From positions 864,001 to 928,000 of the forward strand of contig CAXXSL010000016.1 in assembly GCA_963675525.2 (NCBI GenBank): a stretch of DNA of 64,000 nt, in the 5' to 3' direction. Position 1 is the first letter of the stretch. Each line of letters starts with the position of its first letter. The position numbers and the translations under genes were made by a program. Source of the DNA: Anaerohalosphaeraceae bacterium (lineage in GTDB: Bacteria > Planctomycetota > Phycisphaerae > Sedimentisphaerales > Anaerohalosphaeraceae). The notes below the pieces were generated by a model that worked only from the letters and a program-made list of their open reading frames with translations, was not told the origin of the DNA and did not search any database. Below, piece by piece: positions 57,976 through 64,000 of the stretch.

Positions 57976-58470
57976 CTAATCCTGTGTTGTGTATTCGGTT
58001 TGTTTCTGATAGCTCATGGGGACGACCAGAACGGCGCAGTCGGCTTTGCGGACGATTTTTTCGGTGACCTTTCCGAACAGGGCGGTTTGCAGAGTACTGT
58101 GTCCCTGACGACCGATGACGATAAGGTCCGCCTGTTTTTCTTTGGCAAACGCCAATATTTCCTGCCAGTCCTTGCCGACGCGGTATTCGACCTGCATGGT
58201 GAAGCCTTCGGGCAACTTGGACAGATACGTCTGTTCGATGTGTTCGTCGATGTCGTGTTTGGCTTTGTTGTCTACGTTCTCGACTTCATAGACGTACGTT
58301 TTCCAGAACTGCGCTTCTGTTTCCGGTACGACATGCAGCAGGGTCAGCTCGCAACCGCGTCGCCGCATCGCTGCATCGACGGCAAACTGAAACGCAAAAT
58401 CAGCATTTTCGGAAAGGTCCGTGCAAAAGAGGATTCGCCGAAATATGATTTGTGTTTGTTGGCTTTCCAT
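57976..58470 (-). CDS. Universal stress protein (UspA family)
   Basis: ILFCTDLS, LLHV, DLIVIG..G..LFGKVTEKIVR.A.C.VLVV. Confidence 0.93.
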   Translation of the reverse strand: MESQQTQIIFRRILFCTDLSENADFAFQFAVDAAMRRRGCELTLLHVVPETEAQFWKTYVYEVENVDNKAKHDIDEHIEQTYLSKLPEGFTMQVEYRVGKDWQEILAFAKEKQADLIVIGRQGHSTLQTALFGKVTEKIVRKADCAVLVVPMSYQKQTEYTTQD

Positions 58471-58498
58471 GTTTCCCTCATTCTGTTATGTTATTTTT

Positions 58499-59800
58499 TT
58501 AGTGGAACAGGTTCGGCAAAAAGGTGCACAGCGACGGAAAGATCATCAGTACTGCGGCCGCGACGACCAATGCCAGCAAAAACGGCATGGCTCCGCGGAA
58601 GATCGTCTGCAATGACACATCCCGCTCGATGCCGCTGACGACGTAGACATTGACACCCACCGGCGGGGTAATTACGCCCATTTGCGTCACGACGACAATG
58701 ATGACGCCAAACCAAATCGGGTCATAGCCCAACTCGGTCACTACGGGATAGAAAATAGGAATTGTCAGCAGGATCAATGCCAGAGCATCGATAAAACTGC
58801 CTGCTATCAGATAGAACAGAATAATTATCGCCATGACCATCCAGCCCGGCAGTGGCAGAGACGCCAATGTCGTTGCCAGCTCAAACGGCATCCGTGTGAT
58901 GGCTAAAAACCGGCCTAAAATGACCGCACCGGTGACAATAATCATGACCATGCATGAGGTTCGGACGGTTTCCTGCAATGAGCGAACGAGCATTTTGACC
59001 GTGAGTTTTTTTCTGGCCAATGCAATAATGAGACTTCCGGCCGCACCGATGGCTGCCGCTTCGGTGGGTGTGAAAAGGCCCATGAACATGCCACCGATGA
59101 CGACGATGAACAAAATCAGTGTTTCAGCGACTCCGAAGAGGGAGATAAATTTTGATTTCCAACTCATGGCCGGTCCGGCCGGTCCCAATTTTGGGTTAAG
59201 TTTGCACATAATATAAATCGTCAGGCAGAACAGCACGGCGATTAACAGTCCCGGCACAATCCCGGCGATGAAAAGTTTACCGATGGATTGGTCGGTCAAG
59301 ATGGCATAGACGATGAACACTACGCTGGGCGGGATGAGCATTCCCAGACTGCCGCCGGCGGCGACGGTGCCGCAGCTAAGTTTCGGGCTGTACTTATAGC
59401 GTTTCATCTCCGGGATGGCGACCGATGCCATGGTGGCCGCGGTTGCCGGACCGGAGCCGCAGATCGCGCCGAATCCGGTACAAGCGCCGACGGTGGCCAT
59501 TGCCAGTCCGCCGGGGAGGTGGCCGAGCCAGTGATACGCCGTATCGAAAAGACGACGGCTGATACCGGCATGAAAAGCAATCTGTCCCATCAGTACAAAT
59601 AAGGGGATGACGGTTAGGCTGTACGAAGTGAAAGTTTCATACAGTTCGGTGGTGATCATCGCGGTGGCTGCCTGCGGGGTTACCACAACCGCAAAGCCGA
59701 TGAAACCCACGATGGCCATTGAGAAGGCAACTGGCATACTGGTCGCCAGCAGGACAAACAGTATCAAACAACCAACGATTCCAATTTGCAGCGGCGTCAT
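58499..59800 (-). CDS. dctM: TRAP transporter large permease
   Basis: IPLFVLMG, GGLAMA, GSLGMLIPPS, DPIWFG, ITPPVG. Confidence 0.95.
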   Translation of the reverse strand: MTPLQIGIVGCLILFVLLATSMPVAFSMAIVGFIGFAVVVTPQAATAMITTELYETFTSYSLTVIPLFVLMGQIAFHAGISRRLFDTAYHWLGHLPGGLAMATVGACTGFGAICGSGPATAATMASVAIPEMKRYKYSPKLSCGTVAAGGSLGMLIPPSVVFIVYAILTDQSIGKLFIAGIVPGLLIAVLFCLTIYIMCKLNPKLGPAGPAMSWKSKFISLFGVAETLILFIVVIGGMFMGLFTPTEAAAIGAAGSLIIALARKKLTVKMLVRSLQETVRTSCMVMIIVTGAVILGRFLAITRMPFELATTLASLPLPGWMVMAIIILFYLIAGSFIDALALILLTIPIFYPVVTELGYDPIWFGVIIVVVTQMGVITPPVGVNVYVVSGIERDVSLQTIFRGAMPFLLALVVAAAVLMIFPSLCTFLPNLFH

Positions 59801-60324
59801 GGCTTGATCATCTCCCGTCCCGGATGAATCAGGTTGTAGCCGATGACCAGCAATACAATCAAACAGCAGAAACCAATAACCCACGGCACCCAGAAGATCG
59901 GCAGTTCCAGTGTTTGAGCGACCTGACCGTTTTGGCGAAGTTGGAGTCCGTAAACAAAGCTGCGCCAGCTCAAAAACGCGAACAAGCCCATCCCCAAGAG
60001 ACGAATGACCGAATCCAGGATGACGCGACCGGTGCGGTTGAGTTTATGGAAAAAGTATTCGATGGCAACATGCCCTTTGACGGCGGTGGTGTAAGGAAGC
60101 GCCGAAGCCAGAGTGACGGCTCCGGCGATCTTGACAATATCATAGGTTCCTTTAACCGGATGACCAAAATACCGGAATACAACATCAGTGCAGATGATGC
60201 CGATCATCACAAAGACGCAGAGGCCGGACACGAAAACCAGCGCATAAACCAGCGCCTTCAAGCAATTGAAGTAAACGTCTCTGACCCTGTGCCAAACGGG
60301 ATTACGGCTGATTGCTTCGTTCAT
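59797..60324 (-). CDS. dctQ: TRAP transporter small permease
   Basis: DVVFRY, GHVAIE, four TM helices; lies between dctP and dctM. Confidence 0.92.
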   Translation of the reverse strand: MNEAISRNPVWHRVRDVYFNCLKALVYALVFVSGLCVFVMIGIICTDVVFRYFGHPVKGTYDIVKIAGAVTLASALPYTTAVKGHVAIEYFFHKLNRTGRVILDSVIRLLGMGLFAFLSWRSFVYGLQLRQNGQVAQTLELPIFWVPWVIGFCCLIVLLVIGYNLIHPGREMIKP

Positions 60325-61404
60325 CTATTTTGTTTTTTCAGGCACTGCTTTGCTTGCTTGGATGACGGCTTGAAGTTTTTCAAGCAATTCCTTGCCCGGC
60401 AGGCCAGCGGTTTTCGTATTGGCGACATACGCATCTAAAATCGGCTTGACGGCATCTTTCCATCGCTGTTGTTCTTCGGGCGACAGTGTGATGATTTGGC
60501 GTTTCAGCTCTTTGATGAATGCCATGCCTTCGGCGTCGGCCTGATCCCAGGCCCGGCCGTGCTTGTCCACCCATTCGGCGTTGACCTCGGTGATGATCTG
60601 CTGCTGCTCGGGGCTGAGCTTGCTCCAACTGTTTTTGTTCATCACGACAAACATCGAGGTAGTGTATCCGATAACGGAGGTGTCGGTTATTGACTCGATG
60701 ACTTCGCCTTGTTTCCAGCCCTTGAGTGTCTCGACGGGGCAGAAGGTTGCTTCCACGACGCCTTTTTGAAGAGCTTCATACGTTTCCGGTTGGCTCATGG
60801 CAACCGGTATTGCTCCAAGGTTTTCAACAATTTTCGCAGAAAGACCGGTTGCTCGAACTTTCAAGCCTTTCATTTCATCCAGTTTGTTGACGGATTTTTT
60901 GGAAGCCAGGATTCCCGGGCCGTGTGCGTGAATATACAACAAATGCACATCGTCCAATTCTTTGGGCTTGAATTCCATGGCCATGGCGGTTGCCGCGCGT
61001 GTTGCCGTCATTCCATTGGGATATCCCAATGGCAGGTCCAGTCCTTCCATTAGGGGAAACCGGCCGCGGGTGTAGGCGAAACAGCTCATACCGATATCAG
61101 AAATGCCGCTGACGACGCCGTCATAGCACTGCGGGGCTTTGGTCAACGTTCCGGCAGGATACAGGGTGACCTCGACACTGCCGTTGGTACGTTTTTTGAC
61201 TTCATCAGCCCAGGCCTGTGCGGTTTGGCACTGAATGTGTGTGGGCGGAAAGAAAATACTGTAGGACAGCTTGGCCGTCGGGGTTGCTTCAGCGGATTTG
61301 TCCTGCTCCGGTGTGGCCGGTTCAGTTTTCTTACTGCAGCCGACAACACAGACCAATAGCATCATTGCAACCGCAGTCAACATAAACAGATGTGTTCGTT
61401 TCAT
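60325..61404 (-). CDS. dctP: TRAP transporter substrate-binding lipoprotein
   Basis: Lipobox [36 protein letters not shown]. Confidence 0.94.
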   Translation of the reverse strand: MKRTHLFMLTAVAMMLLVCVVGCSKKTEPATPEQDKSAEATPTAKLSYSIFFPPTHIQCQTAQAWADEVKKRTNGSVEVTLYPAGTLTKAPQCYDGVVSGISDIGMSCFAYTRGRFPLMEGLDLPLGYPNGMTATRAATAMAMEFKPKELDDVHLLYIHAHGPGILASKKSVNKLDEMKGLKVRATGLSAKIVENLGAIPVAMSQPETYEALQKGVVEATFCPVETLKGWKQGEVIESITDTSVIGYTTSMFVVMNKNSWSKLSPEQQQIITEVNAEWVDKHGRAWDQADAEGMAFIKELKRQIITLSPEEQQRWKDAVKPILDAYVANTKTAGLPGKELLEKLQAVIQASKAVPEKTK

Positions 61405-61507
61405 AACATTACCTCCTGAATTTGATCCATCGTTTTCGGTTTGAAAGCCATTTTCGGCAATCTTTGCATGAACATACTACGCATTGCAGATACGTTATGC
61501 AAGTTTT

Positions 61508-62485
61508 TTACTTTGGGTTTGTTTTTAGGCGGATTTGCGTAATTTGTTTCAGTTTTTTTAGTCCCGAGCGGAGAAAACCTGAACCGGCGAAGATTTCCTT
61601 AAAGTCCGCCTCGGTTATATTTTGAATTTGGCCGGGGGTTAATTTTTGCCATTCGGGGTGGAACTGAAAATCGGTATTCTTTCGGGGCGGGGCGTTCATT
61701 TCATGTGGACAGGCGAGGATGCATTCGTCGCAGCCGAAAACGTAACCGTTTATTTTATCATGATATTGACCGTCAATCTCGTCCGGGGCTTCGATCGTTA
61801 GATAGCTGATGCACTTTCGCGAATCAAAACTTCCGTCGCTGCCCAGCGCCCCGGTCGGGCAGGCGCGGATGCATTTACCGCAGTCACCACAGGGGATGTC
61901 TGTCATCGGTTCATCCGGCTGCAATTGGAGCGTCGTAACAAGTTCGCCCAGAAGGATCTGGTTTCCCAATTCAGGATGGATCAGCATATGGTTTTTACCG
62001 ATGAACCCCAGGCCCGCGCGCTGGGCCAAGGCGCGTTCAGCCAGAGGTGCTGAGTCCACGCAGGCCTTGAAACGAACGGATTGTTCATCGGCGGAATTTT
62101 CGGGCGAGTTATCTCGCCTCGCTTTTATTTGCTCCTGAATAAATTCAGCCAATTGGAACAGTTGGTCCTTGATGAACGGATGATAGTCTTCATATTGGGC
62201 GAAATGTGCAATACGGATGGTGGGGTTTTCGGCTAATTCCATTTTGGCGGGGCGGTAGTTGAGGGCGACACAGATCACGGATTGTGCCCCGTTGAGCAGG
62301 TTGGCCGGTGTGAAGCGTTTGTCGAGGTTGCGATGCAGGTAGGCCATCTTCGCAGCACAGCCGGTTTCAAGCCATCGGTGATAATGGTCGATCTGTTCTT
62401 GTTCCACCGGTTCAGCGGTTGTGATTCCGACCGCGTCAAATCCCAGCTCTAATGCTTTCTGCTTAATGTCCGATTCGATATTCAT
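61508..62485 (-). CDS. queG: tRNA epoxyqueuosine reductase
   Basis: DYH, VDSAPLAER, AGLGFIGKN, CGDCGKCIRACPTGA, CISYLTIE, FGCDEC..CP. Confidence 0.94.
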   Translation of the reverse strand: MNIESDIKQKALELGFDAVGITTAEPVEQEQIDHYHRWLETGCAAKMAYLHRNLDKRFTPANLLNGAQSVICVALNYRPAKMELAENPTIRIAHFAQYEDYHPFIKDQLFQLAEFIQEQIKARRDNSPENSADEQSVRFKACVDSAPLAERALAQRAGLGFIGKNHMLIHPELGNQILLGELVTTLQLQPDEPMTDIPCGDCGKCIRACPTGALGSDGSFDSRKCISYLTIEAPDEIDGQYHDKINGYVFGCDECILACPHEMNAPPRKNTDFQFHPEWQKLTPGQIQNITEADFKEIFAGSGFLRSGLKKLKQITQIRLKTNPK

Positions 62486-62518
62486 ATGGCGATGGTACAA
62501 TCTACATGGGATTTTTCA

Positions 62519-63538
62519 TCACGTCACTTCCTCTTTTCGCTTGAGGGTCTGGCTTAGGATGAAATCGATCAGTTTTTCATAATTGATGCCGGCGCGTTGT
62601 GCGGCCTCGGCGACTTCCTCGCCCCAGGCCAGATCGGGGTTGGGATTGGCTTCGAGAATGGCTATTTTTCCATCGGGTCTTAACCGCAGGTCGATGCGTC
62701 CATAGTCCCGCAGGTGCAGAATGCGAAAGGCTCTTTTGCAAACACGTTCGATACGTTTGATTGTCTCTTCTTCGAGATTTTCGGCGAACCCGAAATTAAC
62801 GCCCCATTTTTCACGATATTCATCGTTCCACTTAACGCGATAGGTTGCCATGCTCGGGCCCTGTTCGGCGTCCTGGTCAAAAAAGAATTCGCGGGCCGGG
62901 CAGACCTTGAGCCGGTTGTTGCCCAGCACGGTGACATACAGTTCCCGGCCTTCGATATATTCTTCCGCGATGGCGTCCTGATGCCAGCGGTCGTGGATGA
63001 ATTCGGCGCGTTCGGCCAGGGCTTCGGCCGTATATACCAGCGAGGCGTTCGAGATGCCTTCAGACCCGTCACCCAGTGCCGGCTTGACCACCAGCGGAAA
63101 TTGAATCGACTTATTCACGCGAACGGTTTTCCCCCACGGCAGCGACAGAAAGTTCGGAACGCGTATTTTATGCAGCCCCAGCAGTTGCTTGCACAGCCGC
63201 TTGTCCCTGCAAAGCATCATCCCCATCGGCCCCGAACCGGTGTAGGGAATCTGCAGCATGTCCAGCACGCCGGCGATATTTTTATCCCACAGGCGCTCGC
63301 CGCAATATTGTTCGGTCAGGTTGAAGACAAGGTCGGGCTTGTCTTCTTTGAGCGTGCTGATCAGCTCTTCGAGATTGTCAAAAATTCCGATGACCGAAAC
63401 GTCATGGTGCAAATGCCGCAGCGATTCGATGACATGGTATTCGGTAATGGCCTTCCCTGCGGGGTCATGAAATTGCGGGTCATTTTCCGGAACGGTTGCA
63501 TAATCAACAAGAACTGTTATTTTGAGTGTTCGGGTCAT
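62519..63538 (-). CDS. Third D-Ala-D-Ala-ligase-like ATP-grasp ligase
   Basis: LVFNL.E, IPYTGS, DK, PLVVKP..GSEGIS, EEYIEGRE, TYRVKW, YGRIDLR, LEANPNP. Confidence 0.9.
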   Translation of the reverse strand: MTRTLKITVLVDYATVPENDPQFHDPAGKAITEYHVIESLRHLHHDVSVIGIFDNLEELISTLKEDKPDLVFNLTEQYCGERLWDKNIAGVLDMLQIPYTGSGPMGMMLCRDKRLCKQLLGLHKIRVPNFLSLPWGKTVRVNKSIQFPLVVKPALGDGSEGISNASLVYTAEALAERAEFIHDRWHQDAIAEEYIEGRELYVTVLGNNRLKVCPAREFFFDQDAEQGPSMATYRVKWNDEYREKWGVNFGFAENLEEETIKRIERVCKRAFRILHLRDYGRIDLRLRPDGKIAILEANPNPDLAWGEEVAEAAQRAGINYEKLIDFILSQTLKRKEEVT

Positions 63539-64000
63539 AGTTTACCTCGCGTTTCAATACGATGGGTTCCGCTGGCAATCGCAGTTAAAAGTGTCGTAAT
63601 GCCGACCAATCCCTCCAGGTCGTCTTTGGTATATAAATCCATCGCGTCACATCGCTGAACCATCCGGCCCAAGAGTTGATGGATGTCAAATTTCCGGTGC
63701 CCTGTCCAGCGGGCCGTATGGCGAGCCAATAATCGGCGGTGCTGGCGCAGCATTTTAGACGCCTTGATAGACGAATCGCCCGCGGGCGCTGCCGAGAAAA
63801 CGACCTTCAGGCTGTCGTCATAATACCCTTTAAATTCCTTGCCCAGTTGATTCCGTTTTCGATTGTAGTAGGCCAGCAATGTGGACGTCATGCGAGCCGC
63901 CGACCACGGCGGCCGCGGCGAAGCGGTCACAACCGGCTCCTGCTGGGCAATGCGGCCCATCACGTGGTCGATGTATTCCAGCTTCTGCAACGCCGGCCAC
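63535..64000 (-). CDS. C-terminal part of a putative zinc metallopeptidase-like protein (Peptidase_Mx-type) coupled to the ATP-grasp; 5' end outside window
   Basis: ALQKLEYID..M..TL..YY..KR..D.SL..VF..WTG..L..M..RC pattern; ATGA overlap with the ligase. The catalytic region lies beyond the window edge. Confidence 0.5.
   Translation of the reverse strand, partial: WPALQKLEYIDHVMGRIAQQEPVVTASPRPPWSAARMTSTLLAYYNRKRNQLGKEFKGYYDDSLKVVFSAAPAGDSSIKASKMLRQHRRLLARHTARWTGHRKFDIHQLLGRMVQRCDAMDLYTKDDLEGLVGITTLLTAIASGTHRIETRGKL

Overview
Bacterial chromosomal window, most likely from a Planctomycetota genome of the Phycisphaerae/Sedimentisphaerales type. This placement is inferred from the GLUG and beta-helix secreted proteins with dockerin-like tails and from the gene content. 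Housekeeping blocks (ftsY; nusA-infB-rbfA-hyp-hisG-yebC; cmk-plsC; bamD-lptE-ftsH; hsp20-degP; a lone dnaA; dtd; queG) alternate with polysaccharide and peptide hydrolases (GH16, GH3, GH39, two S9 peptidases) and accessory modules. Single-base indels break several genes, including ftsH and dnaA; most sit in homopolymers and look like long-read assembly errors, not pseudogenes. I saw no rRNA, tRNA, CRISPR array, integrase or transposase. The best candidates for undescribed biology are: (1) a TetR-headed operon kamA / GNAT-HDAC fusion / two D-Ala-D-Ala-ligase-like ATP-grasps / GNAT, predicted to make a reversibly acetylated beta-lysyl peptide; (2) a secreted dipeptidyl peptidase with an inserted VHL-like beta-domain that keeps the hydroxyproline-pocket residues; (3) a PadR-HAAS-SdpI-PH envelope-sensing operon with five copies of an unnamed ~110-aa ectodomain; (4) an AT-rich RHH + HEPN/DUF4145 islet with operator palindromes, resembling a toxin-antitoxin or defence module; (5) two fossil gene ends, namely a monofunctional catalase 3' remnant behind katG and a diverged duplicate of the dtd 3' end flanking an FkbM gene, both recording in-situ replacement or insertion; (6) a long structured nusA leader; (7) repeat-dense spacers around a Cys-rich beta-helix gene.
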